Origin: Desulfatiglandales bacterium
GTDB taxonomy: Bacteria; Desulfobacterota; DSM-4660; Desulfatiglandales; Desulfatiglandaceae
Assembly: GCA_963662465.1 (NCBI GenBank)
Contig: OY759599.1
Location: forward strand, 1,536,001-1,600,000
Direction: 5' to 3'
DNA length: 64,000 bases
Under the pieces are notes generated by a model. It did not search any database, was not told the origin of the DNA, and saw only the letters and a list, made by a program, of their open reading frames with translations. This document shows, one piece after another, positions 21,310 through 33,300 of this stretch. Position numbers and translations under genes: made by a program. Numbering within the stretch: position 1 is the stretch's first letter; each line of letters starts with the position of its first letter.

Positions 21310-24258
21310 ATGAAATTCAATCCGAGGCTTCAAACCATTTTGGCCGTTAATTTTATTCTGGTGGCCCTGGTTCCCGTCGTCGCCATTGGATTTATTACCC
21401 TGCATCTGCTGACGACGAGCCTTAAAAAAGATATTGTTCAAAAAAACTCGCTTCTGGCCCAATCCCTGGCGGGTGAAGTCAAGCGATATCTGGCTGAACC
21501 TCAGGCCGTGCTGGGGCAGGCTGCAACGGTCATCCAAGATAAAGGAATGTTGAAATCATCCGATATCGATGGTTTTCTGGAAACAACGGTTGCGTCTTAC
21601 CCTTTTCTTTCCTGTATTCAGATGATCGATCATAAAGGATGGGTCATCCATATGGCCCCCTTTCGTGAAGATTCAGTGGGGATTGATCTGTCGGAACAGC
21701 CGTTTTTTAAGGTTACGTCAAAAACCCATACTCCCTATTTGTCTCCCACCTTTATTTCCGTGGAATCCCTTGCTCCCACCATGGTCATGACGCGGCCCAT
21801 GGACCAGGGGATGCTGGTCGGATATATTTCGCTTGAAGATCTGAGCCGTATTACGGGCAGGGTAAAAATCGGGGAGAAGGGGTATGCGGTCATGACGGAC
21901 CGTGAGGGGGCGATCATTGCCCATCCCAATGCTGCTTTTGTGGCACAACGGTTGAACATCAAACAGCTTGAGATAATTCGTCAGGGGCTGATGGGAAAGG
22001 AGGGAACCTTTTCTTACCGTTTTGATGGGGTGAAAAATCTGGGATGCGTTGCGGTTGTTCCGAGCATCGGATGGCCGGTGGTGGTGGTTCAGCCGTTGGA
22101 TGAGGCCTTTGCGCCGGTTAGGCGGCTGCAACGGGTGTTTTTGTGGGGCATTTCATTTTCCGTTATCTTGGCCCTGAGCATCGCGTTTTTCAGCCTCAAA
22201 AAAATTGTGACCCCTTTTTCGCGGCTTATTTCCGACACCGGCAATATTTCCCAGGGGAATTATCAGATTCCGCCCCATCGGAAAAGTTATCCGGAAATTG
22301 ATGCGCTGGCTGATGATTTCAGGATCATGGCCGTGTCGCTGGCAGCGCGGGAAGTGGCGCTGCAGCAAAGCGAAGAGAAATATCGAAACCTGGTAGAAGG
22401 AAGCTTCGACGGTATTTTTATTCAGAAGGGTCCCAGGATTATTTTTGCCAACCAGCGCTTGTGCGAGATGCTGGGGTATGACTGGAAAGAATTGGCGGGT
22501 CTGGATCACTGGAGGGTCTACCACCCCGAATACCGTGATTTGACGCGCGAAAGGGCTCAGGCTCGCATGCGCGGTGAAACCGTTACATCCCGCTACGAGG
22601 TAAAATTGCTGCGCAAAGATGGTTCCTGGTTTTTCGGGGAGGTATCCGCCAAAGCGATTCAACTGAACGGTGAAGCGGGTATTCAGGTGTGGATCAACGA
22701 TCTCACGGATCGTAAGGAGGCCGGCGCAGCGGTTTTGCGGTCGGAGAAGCGCTTTCGGGATTTGTTTAATGCCATCAGCGACCTGATTTACACACAGGAT
22801 CTGGAGGGTCGGTTTCTTTCTGCCAACCCGGCCATGTGTGCCCTTTTCGGCTACCATCTGAGAGAATTCCTGGGCCGGAGGGCCTTGGATTTCATGGACC
22901 CCGAAGTGCAGCTGTTATTTGAAAGCGAATACCTGGAAGTACTCAAAACGAAAGGCCGGTATGAGGGTGTTTCGGGCTATAAAGCAAAAGACGGACGCAG
23001 GATTTTCATTGAATATCACAGCACCCTGGTGAAGCCCGAAGAAGGAGAGCCGTACATCAGCGGTATCGGGCGGGATGTTACGGAACGGATACACTCCAAA
23101 AAGCAACTTAAGATGTTAAGGGAACAGGTCGCACAGGCTGAAAAAATGAAAGCCATAGGCGTTCTGGCCGGCGGTGTGGCCCATGATTTCAACAACCTTC
23201 TCATGGGCATTCAGGGGAACGCTTCTTTAATGCTCTTGACGGTGAGCAGCACCCATCCCCATCATGAAAAGCTCAAAAATATCGAAAAATATGTTCAACA
23301 GGGAGCGGATTTAACCCGGCAGCTGCTGGGGTTTGCCCGGGGCGGCAAATACGAGGTCAAGCCGACGGAGATCAATCGGCTTCTGGAGGATGAGTTGCGT
23401 CCTTTCCAGCGGACCCGTAAAGAACTCATGATTCATCGAGATTATCAGGAAGGCATCTGGATTGTCGATATTGACCGGGGGCAGATTATTCAGGCCCTGC
23501 TGAATCTTTTGATTAATGCCTGGCAGGCAATGCCCGGCGGCGGGGATCTCCAGGTTCAAACCCGGAATGTGAAAATTGACGAGGCGGAAAGCGGTTTGCA
23601 TCAAGTGGACCCCGGGAAATATGTTAAAATTTCCATAAGGGATTCAGGTGTGGGGATGGATGAAGGGACTCTGGCGAGAATCTTTGAACCGTTCTTCACT
23701 ACCAAGGGGATGGGAAGAGGCACCGGTTTGGGTCTGGCATCGGTTTATGGTACGATTAAGAACCATGGCGGTTTTATTCATGTGGAGAGCGAACCGGGCC
23801 AGGGAACGGTATTTCATATTCATCTGCCGGCATCCATGTCTACCGTAAAGGAGACAAACGTCAGCGTCAGTGCCGTGCCGTTTCAGGGAAAAGGTGAAAA
23901 AATCCTCTTGGTGGATGATGAAGAAATGATCCTGGATGTGGGCGAACAGATGCTTGAGAAGCTGGGTTACGGCGTTATCACGGCAAACAGGGGGGAGGCT
24001 GCCGTTGAGATATCGAAAAGAGAAAAAGATGGGATTGCCATGGTGATTCTTGATATGATCATGCCCGGCATGGGCGGCGGAGAAACCTATGACCGCTTGA
24101 AGGAGATCAAAAAAGATGCAAAAGTGTTGCTTTCCAGCGGGTACAGCATCGATGGGCAGGCACGGGAAATCCTTGACCGGGGATGCAGTGGGTTTATTCA
24201 GAAGCCCTTTAACCTCGAAACACTGTCTCGGATGGTTCGGAAGGTGTTGATCGGTTGA
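21310..24258 (+). CDS. Hybrid sensor kinase (Cache-HAMP-PAS-PAS-HisKA-HATPase-REC)
   Basis: TM-flanked Cache region, [27 protein letters not shown], receiver LLVDDE / LDMIMP / QKPF. Confidence 0.95.
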   Translation: MKFNPRLQTILAVNFILVALVPVVAIGFITLHLLTTSLKKDIVQKNSLLAQSLAGEVKRYLAEPQAVLGQAATVIQDKGMLKSSDIDGFLETTVASYPFLSCIQMIDHKGWVIHMAPFREDSVGIDLSEQPFFKVTSKTHTPYLSPTFISVESLAPTMVMTRPMDQGMLVGYISLEDLSRITGRVKIGEKGYAVMTDREGAIIAHPNAAFVAQRLNIKQLEIIRQGLMGKEGTFSYRFDGVKNLGCVAVVPSIGWPVVVVQPLDEAFAPVRRLQRVFLWGISFSVILALSIAFFSLKKIVTPFSRLISDTGNISQGNYQIPPHRKSYPEIDALADDFRIMAVSLAAREVALQQSEEKYRNLVEGSFDGIFIQKGPRIIFANQRLCEMLGYDWKELAGLDHWRVYHPEYRDLTRERAQARMRGETVTSRYEVKLLRKDGSWFFGEVSAKAIQLNGEAGIQVWINDLTDRKEAGAAVLRSEKRFRDLFNAISDLIYTQDLEGRFLSANPAMCALFGYHLREFLGRRALDFMDPEVQLLFESEYLEVLKTKGRYEGVSGYKAKDGRRIFIEYHSTLVKPEEGEPYISGIGRDVTERIHSKKQLKMLREQVAQAEKMKAIGVLAGGVAHDFNNLLMGIQGNASLMLLTVSSTHPHHEKLKNIEKYVQQGADLTRQLLGFARGGKYEVKPTEINRLLEDELRPFQRTRKELMIHRDYQEGIWIVDIDRGQIIQALLNLLINAWQAMPGGGDLQVQTRNVKIDEAESGLHQVDPGKYVKISIRDSGVGMDEGTLARIFEPFFTTKGMGRGTGLGLASVYGTIKNHGGFIHVESEPGQGTVFHIHLPASMSTVKETNVSVSAVPFQGKGEKILLVDDEEMILDVGEQMLEKLGYGVITANRGEAAVEISKREKDGIAMVILDMIMPGMGGGETYDRLKEIKKDAKVLLSSGYSIDGQAREILDRGCSGFIQKPFNLETLSRMVRKVLIG

Positions 24259-24321
24259 ACGTCAGGGTGGGCGGATCTTGTGTTTGCTCTGGAAAAAATA
24301 AAAAGGAAAGGAGCGGCGGGT

Positions 24322-26175
24322 ATGCAAAGGGCGGCGGTTACCTTGGAACTGAACCCTGAAAAGGCCTCAAAAAGGAAAGAAGCGGCGATCCATCGTTTGA
24401 ATGTGATGCAGTTTCCCGTCCTGAGGGTGTTTGGTTTTTTTCTCCTGGCGTTTTTTGTATTCATCCATAATTATTATATATCCAGGGCCTTTTCGTGGGA
24501 AGAAACTTCTCAATTTCAGGTGATTGCCTTTTCCTATGCCGGATTTTCGTGGTTCGTCCTTTATCTTTTTTTCGGGAAGACCGGTAGATTTGATCTCGGC
24601 CTTTTCTTTTTAATTGCGGACTTTTTCGTGTTTGCGCTAGCCATATATTTTTCAGGCGGTCAGCGGAGCCTTCTTTTTTTCATCTTTCTGATTCGTGTTG
24701 CCGATCAAGCCAACACCAATTTCAGGCGAGTCATTGTTTTTTCACACATTGCCGTTGCCGTTTATGGGGGTCTACTCCTCTATCTCCACTATTTTGAGCA
24801 TGAAGATATCTGGTTGGCATATGAAATCCCAAAACTATTGGGACTTTATCTGGCAGGCATCTATATTTCTTTTACCGCGAGGACGGCTGAAGGACTCAGG
24901 AACCGAACGAAGGCTGCCATGAAACTGGCCCGGGAGTCCATTGAAAGGTTGGAGGTCCAATCAACGGAATTAAGAGATGCGAAGCTCAGGGCCGAAGCCG
25001 GCAACCTCGCCAAGATTGAATTTTTGGCCAACATCAATCACGAAATTCGCACGCCGCTCAATGGTATCATCGGCATGATTCATTTGGTTCGGGATACCGC
25101 CCTGGACGAGGAGCAGCAGGAGCATCTGGGACTGGCGAGCCAATCCGCGGATGTGCTTTCGGGCATCTTGAATGATATTCTCGATTTTACCAAAAGCGAT
25201 GCCAATGCCATTGTGTTGAAACCCAAGCCTTTTGATTTGAGGGCGTTGCTCAACAATGTGGGAGAGACCATTTCACCGTCGGCAGCGGAAAAAGGATTGC
25301 GATTTATCCTCGACTGTGCTGATGATGCGCCATACCAGTTGTTGGGAGATTCAAGCCGGCTGCGGCAAATCCTGGTTCACCTGGGCCGTAACGCCATCAA
25401 ATTTACCGAGGCGGGCAACGTGATGATGCATGCCGAAATTGAGGAGCGAACCGATGAATCCATTTCGTTACATTTTATGGTGTCGGATACGGGCATCGGC
25501 ATCCCCGAAGACAGGTTGAAAGGCGTGTTTGATACCTTCAGCCAAGTGGATGGTTCCAGCACGCGAAAGTATGGCGGCGCGGGTTTGGGGCTGGCGCTGG
25601 CCAGTCGTATCGTGGATATGATGGGAGGCCGCATCTGGGTGGAAAGCCCGGCAAATCATTTATGCCCGGAAGAAGGTGGGCCGGTGCGGGAGGATATTCA
25701 AGCATCCGTTGGTCCGGGGAGTGCCTTCCATTTTGTACTCCCTTTTCCACGATCCCGTAATGAGACATCCCCGAAGTCGCCTGGTCCCGGGTTGCTGATT
25801 CCCGTCACGTCGTCCCCGGTGAAGGGAAACGTCAAAGAGACGACGAAGCCTCTCGATTTTACAAAGGCAACGGAAATGTTTGATGGGGATATGAATCTTT
25901 TCAAAGAAATCGCCACCTTGTTTGTCGAAGATTTTCCGAAAAAAGCGGATCTGATCCTGGAGGGAATCAGAAAGAAAGATGGCGATATGGTGGTGCAGGG
26001 GGCGCAAAACCTGAAGGATTCAGCGGGAAGTCTCGGAGCGGATCAAATTTTTGATGCATCCTATCGTCTTGAAGTTATGGGCGTTGAAAATCGCTTGCCC
26101 GAGGCTGAGACGCTTTTGGCGGAATTAACGGTTGCCGTGGCGTCCTTTAAGGCGGCGCTGGAAGAGATTCAATAA
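24322..26175 (+). CDS. Membrane sensor histidine kinase with C-terminal Hpt-like domain
   Basis: Multi-TM N-terminus, '[10 protein letters not shown]', NAIKFT, DTGIGI, '[19 protein letters not shown]', Hpt-like tail. Confidence 0.9.
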   Translation: MQRAAVTLELNPEKASKRKEAAIHRLNVMQFPVLRVFGFFLLAFFVFIHNYYISRAFSWEETSQFQVIAFSYAGFSWFVLYLFFGKTGRFDLGLFFLIADFFVFALAIYFSGGQRSLLFFIFLIRVADQANTNFRRVIVFSHIAVAVYGGLLLYLHYFEHEDIWLAYEIPKLLGLYLAGIYISFTARTAEGLRNRTKAAMKLARESIERLEVQSTELRDAKLRAEAGNLAKIEFLANINHEIRTPLNGIIGMIHLVRDTALDEEQQEHLGLASQSADVLSGILNDILDFTKSDANAIVLKPKPFDLRALLNNVGETISPSAAEKGLRFILDCADDAPYQLLGDSSRLRQILVHLGRNAIKFTEAGNVMMHAEIEERTDESISLHFMVSDTGIGIPEDRLKGVFDTFSQVDGSSTRKYGGAGLGLALASRIVDMMGGRIWVESPANHLCPEEGGPVREDIQASVGPGSAFHFVLPFPRSRNETSPKSPGPGLLIPVTSSPVKGNVKETTKPLDFTKATEMFDGDMNLFKEIATLFVEDFPKKADLILEGIRKKDGDMVVQGAQNLKDSAGSLGADQIFDASYRLEVMGVENRLPEAETLLAELTVAVASFKAALEEIQ

Positions 26176-26209
26176 AATGGAAGGGGAGAAGCCTTCCAAC
26201 CTTTATTCA

Positions 26210-27181
26210 TCATATCATGAAATTCTTGAACTCTTTTTTATCCGGAACCGTTACGGATACGATTCGGTTTATATCGGGGCCAACAATCCGAACATCCTGA
26301 ATTTCCCCTTCCTTCGCGTCGCTGTAGGAAAGTGTGATTTGGGTGGCCAGGTCAATGGCCTCGGTCAAAAGGTTTCCCGACATCAAAACAGCGGGGCCCG
26401 GGACCGAAACGGTGTTCAGAATTATATCCTCTTTTGTCGCAAGTTCCCGGAGTTTTTCATTTTCCCCTTTGTTTCGGCCCACCACAACTTTGGCGTCAGC
26501 GCTGATTCTGAAATGCCTTCCCAGTTTTAAGGTTTCCAGATGATTGACAACCACTTCGGATTTTGAGGAGAGCAGGTCTTTCAGTCGGCGGGAAAAGCCC
26601 CTTTCCGTCAACATGCATCCCCCCGCAGGAGCGGGATAATCCCCCAGTCCCAGATCGATCGCCATTGCCATCTGCGGTTTCCGGGAACGCCCCTGAAAGC
26701 CCTTTAACTGATCTCTTTGGACCCAGCCTTTTTCTTCCGGGATGGTGGGGGTCAGGCATTTTGCCGAAAGGGGCCTAAGCAGCATTCCGTGAAGTCCGCT
26801 TTCCTCGGCAACCAAACTGAGCGCCCTCTTGTTTTGGCTCATGGGCCTCTGCCCCATGACCTCCCCGGTAAAAATAAACGAGGCTTCTTCCGGTTCAAGC
26901 ATTTCCCCGGCAATGCGAAACATCAGGGCGTGGCAATCGATGCAGGGATTCATGTTCCCGCCGTAGCCATGTTTCGGGTGCTTGACCACCTCAAGATGCC
27001 GCTCGGTTATATCGACGACCTTAAACGGCAGGTCCATGGACCGGGCCGACGCCCTGGCCCTGTGGGATGTAAAGAACGGGGTCTCAAAAAAAAGGGCCAG
27101 AACGTCTATGCCCTGTGCCCTTATCAATTCGGCGGCCAGCATGCTGTCGAGGCCGCCTGAAAAAACGCAGATTGCTTTCAT
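26210..27181 (-). CDS. tRNA thiouridylase-like PP-loop protein (ThiI/MnmA-like)
   Basis: SGGLDS PP-loop, NPCIDC, TGEVMGQRPMSQ, PAGGC. Confidence 0.8.
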   Translation of the reverse strand: MKAICVFSGGLDSMLAAELIRAQGIDVLALFFETPFFTSHRARASARSMDLPFKVVDITERHLEVVKHPKHGYGGNMNPCIDCHALMFRIAGEMLEPEEASFIFTGEVMGQRPMSQNKRALSLVAEESGLHGMLLRPLSAKCLTPTIPEEKGWVQRDQLKGFQGRSRKPQMAMAIDLGLGDYPAPAGGCMLTERGFSRRLKDLLSSKSEVVVNHLETLKLGRHFRISADAKVVVGRNKGENEKLRELATKEDIILNTVSVPGPAVLMSGNLLTEAIDLATQITLSYSDAKEGEIQDVRIVGPDINRIVSVTVPDKKEFKNFMI

Positions 27182-27198
27182 CTGAAATGATCTTCTTC

Positions 27199-28113
27199 CT
27201 ATAATTCCGCCTTTGCCAGCGAAGCCATCACGGTTTTTTGCTCTTCCGTCAGTTCTTTGGGAATATCGATGCCGATTTCAATATAGGCATTTCCCTTGCC
27301 CGAACCATTATAGATGGGCAATCCAAAATTCTTAAGCCTGAATTTGGCGCTGTCTTGAGTCCCGGGAGGGATTTTGAGTTTGAGTACCTTTTCTTCCAGG
27401 GTGGGCACCTCAATATCAGCCCCCAGGACGGCCTGTGAAAATTTGATTTTCTGCTTTAGATACAGATCGGCATTTTCCCTCCGGAACAGCGGATGAGAGA
27501 CCTCTTTGATCTGAACGTAAAGATCCCCCGCGGGCCCGCCATAGGGTCCCGGCTGCCCTTTTCCCTGCAATCTCAACTTCTGCCCATCCTTGATGCCGGC
27601 GGGCACTTTCACGGAGACCTGTTCCTGGTGGCCGTTGATCTGATAGGTAATGGTCTTGCTGGTGGGTTTGAGCAGTTCTTCCAGGGTCATGGGGAGTTCA
27701 TAGATCAGATTTTGACCCCTTATGGTTTGTCCCCGGTCTTGAAATCCATCAAAACCGCGTCCGCCGCAACCACCGCCGGGCATGCGGCCAAAACCTCCCT
27801 GACTCCTGCCGCCTCTTCCGAAGCCGAATTCCTTGAAAATGCTGCCCAGGTCAAAATCCCGGAAAATATCTTCCTGGCTGAATCTGTTTTGAAAGCCTTC
27901 AGCACCGAACATATCATACTGTTGTTTTTTCCCAGGATCACGAAGGACGGCGTAGGCCTCATTGAGATCCTTGAATGTCGCTTCGGCGGATTTATCCCCT
28001 TCGTTATGATCCGGGTGATATTTCAGCGCCAGCTTACGATAGGATTTTTTAATTTCCTCGGGGGAAGCTGATTTATCAACTCCCAGAATTTCATAGTAGT
28101 CTTTTCCGGACAT
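27199..28113 (-). CDS. Class II J-domain co-chaperone (DnaJ/CbpA-like)
   Basis: J-domain with HPD, G/F region, C-terminal 'GDLYV...HPLFRR'; no CxxCxGxG zinc finger. Confidence 0.92.
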   Translation of the reverse strand: MSGKDYYEILGVDKSASPEEIKKSYRKLALKYHPDHNEGDKSAEATFKDLNEAYAVLRDPGKKQQYDMFGAEGFQNRFSQEDIFRDFDLGSIFKEFGFGRGGRSQGGFGRMPGGGCGGRGFDGFQDRGQTIRGQNLIYELPMTLEELLKPTSKTITYQINGHQEQVSVKVPAGIKDGQKLRLQGKGQPGPYGGPAGDLYVQIKEVSHPLFRRENADLYLKQKIKFSQAVLGADIEVPTLEEKVLKLKIPPGTQDSAKFRLKNFGLPIYNGSGKGNAYIEIGIDIPKELTEEQKTVMASLAKAEL

Positions 28114-28122
28114 GGTTTATAT

Positions 28123-28159
28123 ACGTTTTAAGTTTTAAGTTTTAGGTTTTAAGTTAAAA
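28123..28159. repeat. Heptamer tandem repeat (AAGTTTT)n
   Basis: ACGTTTTAAGTTTTAAGTTTTAGGTTTTAAGTTAAAA in an intergenic spacer. Confidence 0.8.
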
Positions 28160-28190
28160 CATCAGTACCCTCGAAAATTAAGCACAAGGT

Positions 28191-28934
28191 TCAGGAAGTC
28201 AAGGACGGAGACGATGGGATGTTCATATCTTTTTCCAGGTGATAAAGCGTGGCGCCCACGGGGGCAAACGAAAGGAGTAGGATATTTAAGCCTGGGATCA
28301 GAAACGGGATGCCGAACCCGAGGTGAAAAGGGAGGGTTCCCAGCAGAAAGCGGAACCGGACGCCAAAAGGGCTCATCCGTCTGGCGGGTATCAGGTCCGT
28401 ATTGTCCCATGCAAGGAATACGGCGGCAATCCCCGAGGAAAGGATCGTTACAAAAGGTCCCAGTGGGGTGAGCCAGCCCAAAAGCATCAGGAGTATGGCC
28501 AATAATACCGGGATGGTGGCGCGGGGAATTTCCTGCTTGATTAGATAACCAAAGAAACGGAGGAACGAAATGTTTTCCGCTTCAGCAATTCGACCGGTGA
28601 TTTTCTGCTCAGTGATCCGGGACATATGATCCATAATTAGAACACTGAAAAAGATTTGGGAGATCAGGTAAGAAAACAGGGTCGATAACCCCACAAGCGC
28701 AAGGGTCAAGATCCAGGACACCACATACCATAACCAGAGAATCCAGTGGCTTGCGGGTTTGCTCCAGATAATTTCAAGGATTTCGCGCTGGTACGCAAAA
28801 ATAAAACCGGCGGCAAGGATGGTCAGCAGTATGACCACGATAAACCGCAATAACCCCCAGAAAAGAAGCCGGGGCGTCTTCATCCCCAGCGAAAGACCTC
28901 GAAAATTATAGCCAATCCCTTTTAAAAAATTCAT
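28191..28934 (-). CDS. EI24/CysZ-like membrane protein
   Basis: Multi-TM; 'YNFRGL', 'APVGATL' pattern. Confidence 0.75.
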   Translation of the reverse strand: MNFLKGIGYNFRGLSLGMKTPRLLFWGLLRFIVVILLTILAAGFIFAYQREILEIIWSKPASHWILWLWYVVSWILTLALVGLSTLFSYLISQIFFSVLIMDHMSRITEQKITGRIAEAENISFLRFFGYLIKQEIPRATIPVLLAILLMLLGWLTPLGPFVTILSSGIAAVFLAWDNTDLIPARRMSPFGVRFRFLLGTLPFHLGFGIPFLIPGLNILLLSFAPVGATLYHLEKDMNIPSSPSLTS

Positions 28935-28939
28935 TTTGT

Positions 28940-29527
28940 TTATCCCTCGGTTGGGTTGGAAGCGCCATTCACCCACCAGTCCGTATCGTCGTCAAACCAC
29001 CATGCATCGCTTTTGGATGCCATAATTTCACGGCCCAATGCTTTTCCGCTTTCGGTGCATAATCGCTTTAGCGCAAATACCAGCCATTCTTTGGCATGGG
29101 GGTTGCCTAAATCCTGTTGCCCTTTCAATTCCAGAATAAGATCCAGTTGATCCGCATCCTTTGAAATCCTGGCTTCCAGGGTGTCGGCGGCGTTGAACTC
29201 ATGGGTTAATACGACAATATCATTTCCAAAAGGCAGATCTCGGGTCTGGTCTAAAATCGCCTTTTCCTCGTTGACCATTACATACTTTTTATTGACATAA
29301 TTATGATCCCCCGTCCTGGCTTCCGGCAGATCATGGAACAAACACATGCGAACGGTTTTGTCAATATCCGCTCCCTTTTCCATGGTGGCCAGGACATACC
29401 CCAGGATGGTCGTCCTAAAGGAGTGATCGGCCACGGATTCAGCACCGGAGCCAAGAAACTGGTATCCGGTTCGGGGCGTCTTTTTCAGCATACCCGCTTC
29501 AAACAAAAATTCTACAGTGCGCTTCAT
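28940..29527 (-). CDS. HD-domain phosphohydrolase
   Basis: LKKTPRTG, ESVADHS, FHDLPEARTGD, DADQLD. Confidence 0.9.
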   Translation of the reverse strand: MKRTVEFLFEAGMLKKTPRTGYQFLGSGAESVADHSFRTTILGYVLATMEKGADIDKTVRMCLFHDLPEARTGDHNYVNKKYVMVNEEKAILDQTRDLPFGNDIVVLTHEFNAADTLEARISKDADQLDLILELKGQQDLGNPHAKEWLVFALKRLCTESGKALGREIMASKSDAWWFDDDTDWWVNGASNPTEG

Positions 29528-29626
29528 CTTGATTTATCCTGACAATATGTTTAGTATGGGGCAATCTTATAGATCACTTGGGATTCAAAATCAATCTGTA
29601 ACTCGAATAAATGGTTATCATCACAT

Positions 29627-30145
29627 ATGGAACATGAAATGTCTGACATGAGAATATATACTTATCCGGATTCGGTACTGAAAACGCCCGCGGAACCGAT
29701 ACAAAATATTGACGAAGAACTGCAGCTCCTCATCGATCAAATGATTGAGACTATGTATTTGGCCCCGGGCATTGGTTTGGCGGCCAATCAGGTGGGCGTG
29801 CTTAAAAGAGTCATTGTCTTTGACGGTTCTCCGAGGGAAGAGGAGCAAAACCCCCTGGCGTTGATAAATCCGGAAATTGTTGAAAGCGAAGGCGCCATTA
29901 AATGGGATGAAGCCTGCCTCAGCGTTCCTGATTATTCCGCGGAAGTTGTCCGAAATGCCCGGGTGCAGGTGAAAGGGATTGACAGACGCGGCAATCCCTT
30001 CAGTCTGGAAGCTGAAGAACTGCTGGCCGTATGCTTGCAACACGAAATCGATCACCTGAAAGGGATTCTCTTCATCGATCATATCAGCAGCCTGAAACGT
30101 GCGCTGTACAAAAAGAAACGCAAGAAAAAACAAAAAGGTAATTGA
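29627..30145 (+). CDS. def: Peptide deformylase
   Basis: GIGLAANQVG, EACLS, QHEIDHLKG. Confidence 0.97.
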   Translation: MEHEMSDMRIYTYPDSVLKTPAEPIQNIDEELQLLIDQMIETMYLAPGIGLAANQVGVLKRVIVFDGSPREEEQNPLALINPEIVESEGAIKWDEACLSVPDYSAEVVRNARVQVKGIDRRGNPFSLEAEELLAVCLQHEIDHLKGILFIDHISSLKRALYKKKRKKKQKGN

Positions 30146-30149
30146 GTAA

Positions 30150-31121
30150 ATGATCGAACATGAATCGCGCCCGTTGCCGGCTCGACCGGGGATCATATTC
30201 ATGGGCACGCCGTATTTTGCCTTGCCTTCACTGGAAGCCTTGGCAGCCCATGGACATCGTATTCAGGCGGTGGTGACGCAGCCGGACAGACCCAGGGGAA
30301 GAAGCAAGAAACTTGTCGCATCCCCGGTAAAGCAGGCGGCGGAACGGTTGGGCATGGAAGTCCTTCAGCCGGAAAGGGCATCGGATCCGTCGTTCTGCGA
30401 GGTCATCCGCGAAATTGCGCCCGATATCCTGGTGGTAATTGCCTTCGGACAGGTCTTGTCTCAAGATTTTTTGGATATCCCTGTGTGGGGGGGGCTGAAC
30501 ATCCATGCCTCCCTGTTGCCCAGATATCGAGGGGCCGCCCCCATTCAGAGAGCCGTTATGAACGGGGAAACTGAAACCGGAATTACGGCCATGCGCATGG
30601 CGCAGGGGCTCGATACGGGTCCCATTCTGCTGCAACAAAAGACACCCATCGGCGCCCATGAAACAGCCGGTGAACTTCATGATCGGCTCGCCGACTTATC
30701 CGCTCCCTTCCTTCTTAAAACCCTTCAACTTCTGCTGGATCATCAAATCCATGAAATGCCCCAGAATGACGCTCAATCTACTTATGCCGCAAAGATCGAC
30801 CGGACAACCGGTCGCATTTCGTGGGACCTGCCCGCGGACCATGTCTCCGCGCTGATTCGAGGTCTGGATCCATGGCCGGGGGCGCAGACAACGCTTAACG
30901 GTAAAACATTGAAGCTGTTTTCATCCCGGGTGGCGGAAACCAGCTGCTCGGGCACAGTCCCCGGAAGGGTCAAGGGTCATTTGGAGGAAGGACTTCTGGT
31001 GGAAACGGGGGACGGCGTTATTCTGGTAAAGGCATTGCAGCTTGCCGGTAAAAAACGCTTGCGGGTCTCGGATTTTCTACGGGGTTTTCCCTTGAATCCG
31101 GGAACGCTTTTGGGACGATAA
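30150..31121 (+). CDS. fmt: Methionyl-tRNA formyltransferase
   Basis: FMGTP, VVTQPDRP, NIHASLLPRYRGAAPI, LDTGP. Confidence 0.97.
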   Translation: MIEHESRPLPARPGIIFMGTPYFALPSLEALAAHGHRIQAVVTQPDRPRGRSKKLVASPVKQAAERLGMEVLQPERASDPSFCEVIREIAPDILVVIAFGQVLSQDFLDIPVWGGLNIHASLLPRYRGAAPIQRAVMNGETETGITAMRMAQGLDTGPILLQQKTPIGAHETAGELHDRLADLSAPFLLKTLQLLLDHQIHEMPQNDAQSTYAAKIDRTTGRISWDLPADHVSALIRGLDPWPGAQTTLNGKTLKLFSSRVAETSCSGTVPGRVKGHLEEGLLVETGDGVILVKALQLAGKKRLRVSDFLRGFPLNPGTLLGR

Positions 31122-31122
31122 T

Positions 31123-31950
31123 ATGAAAGATTCTGAGACCCAGGACCGCAAAATGCCTGAAGGCAAACTCACACAAGAACGGATCGACCTTGGCACATTT
31201 CGCAGACCCAAAAAACGGGTCTTCATCTTTCTTCTGCTGGCAACCTGCTTGCTTCTCCTCGGCGTTGCGTTTCTGCTGTGGTGGGTACCCTATGTGGGCC
31301 TGGCCAATATTCATGAATTTCTGCCGCTGATTCTGGCTGTTGTATTGGGCGGCGTTGTACTTGTGAGCCTTGGGGCTTGTCTTACCCTGGTGTTTACCAT
31401 CATCAGGGGGAAAAACCTCTTTTTCAACCGTCGCATCAGAGGGGTGGTCATTCGGGTGCTTTTCCCCTTGCTGGTGGGTGTCGGCAAGTGTTTCGGCATT
31501 CAAAAATCGGAGATCAGAAGATCCTTTGTGGCCATTAATAACCAATTGGTAATGGCCGAAGCCCAAAAGGTCAAACCGGAAAAGATGCTGATCCTTCTAC
31601 CCCATTGTCTGCAGAATCATAATTGCGCCGTAAGAATCACCGGAAATGTGCAAAATTGCAAGGCCTGCGGAAAATGTAAAATAAAGGATCTGGCGGCACT
31701 TTCGGACAAATACCACGTGCATGTGGCCGTGGCCACCGGCGGCACCCTGGCGCGAAAAATTGTTGTAGACAAACGCCCTAAAATTATCATTGCGGTGGCC
31801 TGTGAACGGGATCTCACCAGCGGCATTCAGGACGCTTATCCCATTCCCGTTTTCGGCATCTTTAACCGTCGACCTTTCGGACCCTGTTATGACACGGATG
31901 TGGATATCGATCTTGTGGAAAAAGGGTTAAAATCCTTTCTGGACGACTGA
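31123..31950 (+). CDS. DUF116 family Cys-rich membrane protein
   Basis: LPHCLQ, CKACGKC, VATGGTLA, AVACERDL; located between fmt and rsmB. Confidence 0.85.
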   Translation: MKDSETQDRKMPEGKLTQERIDLGTFRRPKKRVFIFLLLATCLLLLGVAFLLWWVPYVGLANIHEFLPLILAVVLGGVVLVSLGACLTLVFTIIRGKNLFFNRRIRGVVIRVLFPLLVGVGKCFGIQKSEIRRSFVAINNQLVMAEAQKVKPEKMLILLPHCLQNHNCAVRITGNVQNCKACGKCKIKDLAALSDKYHVHVAVATGGTLARKIVVDKRPKIIIAVACERDLTSGIQDAYPIPVFGIFNRRPFGPCYDTDVDIDLVEKGLKSFLDD

Positions 31951-31956
31951 CCTATC

Positions 31957-33300
31957 ATGTCAAGAAATCTTGCCTTAAACGCGCTGAACAACGCTGAGAA
32001 CGCTCCCGGCCAGGCGGAGCGACGTCTCGAATCTCTCTTTTCGCAAAACCCTCGTTTGAGTGAGAGGGATCGGGCCTTTGCGGTTCATCTGGTTCAGGGG
32101 GTTCTGAGATGGCAAATCAGACTCGACTGGATTTTGAAGCAGTATGTTCGGTTCTCCTTCAAAAAAATCGATCCATCGGTTTTAAACATCCTCCGCCTGG
32201 CCCTTTTTCAGATCCTGTTTTTGGATCGCGTTCCCGAATCCGCGGCCGTCAATGAAGCCGTAAAACAGACCAAGAGCATGGGCCAAAAGCATGTGGTGAA
32301 TTTCGTCAATGGCGTCCTGAGGCAGATTTGCCGTGAAAAAGAGCATCTGCCTTACCCCCACCCTGAAAAAGAGAGGGACCTCTATCAGTCCGTGTATTAT
32401 GCCTATCCCCTCTGGCTGGTGAAAAAATGGTTCCATGAGCTGGGACCGGATTTGACTGAACAACTGTTGAAGGCCGGGAATGAAATTCCCAGGACAACCA
32501 TCAGGACCAATACCCTGCGGACCCGCCGCCGGGACCTGCTTGATCGCCTTCTGGAAGAGGGGGTTGAGAGTAGGGCGGTTCCCTTTGCTCCCGAGGGCAT
32601 CGAACTGCTCGATTTTAGAGGATCCATCTCCCGGTTAAGGGCCTTTCAAGACGGCCTGTTTCAGGTGCAGGGAGAGGCGGCTCAGATCTGCTCTCACCTT
32701 CTTTCCCCCGGCAAAGGAACGAATATAGCGGATATGTGCGCCGGTTTGGGCGGAAAGTCCACCCATCTGGCCGAACTGATGGGGGATCGTGGCCGGGTTT
32801 TCTCCCTGGATACCAGTATCCACCGTTTGAAAGGCCTTCAGCAAAACGTCAAAAGGCTTTGTATTAACAGCGTTTTTCCCCTGGTTGCCGATGCGATGGC
32901 GCCGGTCTCTTTTTTGCGGTGGTCCGTGAATAAAATCATGGTGGATGGTCCCTGTTCCGGCCTAGGGGTCATCAGTAAGCACCCCGACACGAAACTAGCC
33001 AAAAAAGAGGGCGACATCAAACGCATGGCGATGATACAGAAATCAATTATGACCCAATCCTTGCATGCGCTCCACAGTGGCGGTGAAATGCTGTATGCCG
33101 CCTGTACCATTTCAAAAGAGGAGAATGAAGGGGTCGTGGAACAATTTTTACAAGAAAACGATGGGATTGCGCTTGAAAATTTACGCAGACACATCCCCGG
33201 ATGGGGGATCGATCTGGTGGATGACAACGGCTTTTTTAAAACCTTTCCCCATATTCACGGCATGGAAGGTTTTTTTGCGGCCCTTTTTAGAAAAATATGA
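31957..33300 (+). CDS. rsmB: 16S rRNA m5C967 methyltransferase
   Basis: NusB-like N-domain (VPESAAVNEAV, VNGVLR), DMCAGLGGKS, DGPCSGLG; follows def-fmt. Confidence 0.93.
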   Translation: MSRNLALNALNNAENAPGQAERRLESLFSQNPRLSERDRAFAVHLVQGVLRWQIRLDWILKQYVRFSFKKIDPSVLNILRLALFQILFLDRVPESAAVNEAVKQTKSMGQKHVVNFVNGVLRQICREKEHLPYPHPEKERDLYQSVYYAYPLWLVKKWFHELGPDLTEQLLKAGNEIPRTTIRTNTLRTRRRDLLDRLLEEGVESRAVPFAPEGIELLDFRGSISRLRAFQDGLFQVQGEAAQICSHLLSPGKGTNIADMCAGLGGKSTHLAELMGDRGRVFSLDTSIHRLKGLQQNVKRLCINSVFPLVADAMAPVSFLRWSVNKIMVDGPCSGLGVISKHPDTKLAKKEGDIKRMAMIQKSIMTQSLHALHSGGEMLYAACTISKEENEGVVEQFLQENDGIALENLRRHIPGWGIDLVDDNGFFKTFPHIHGMEGFFAALFRKI

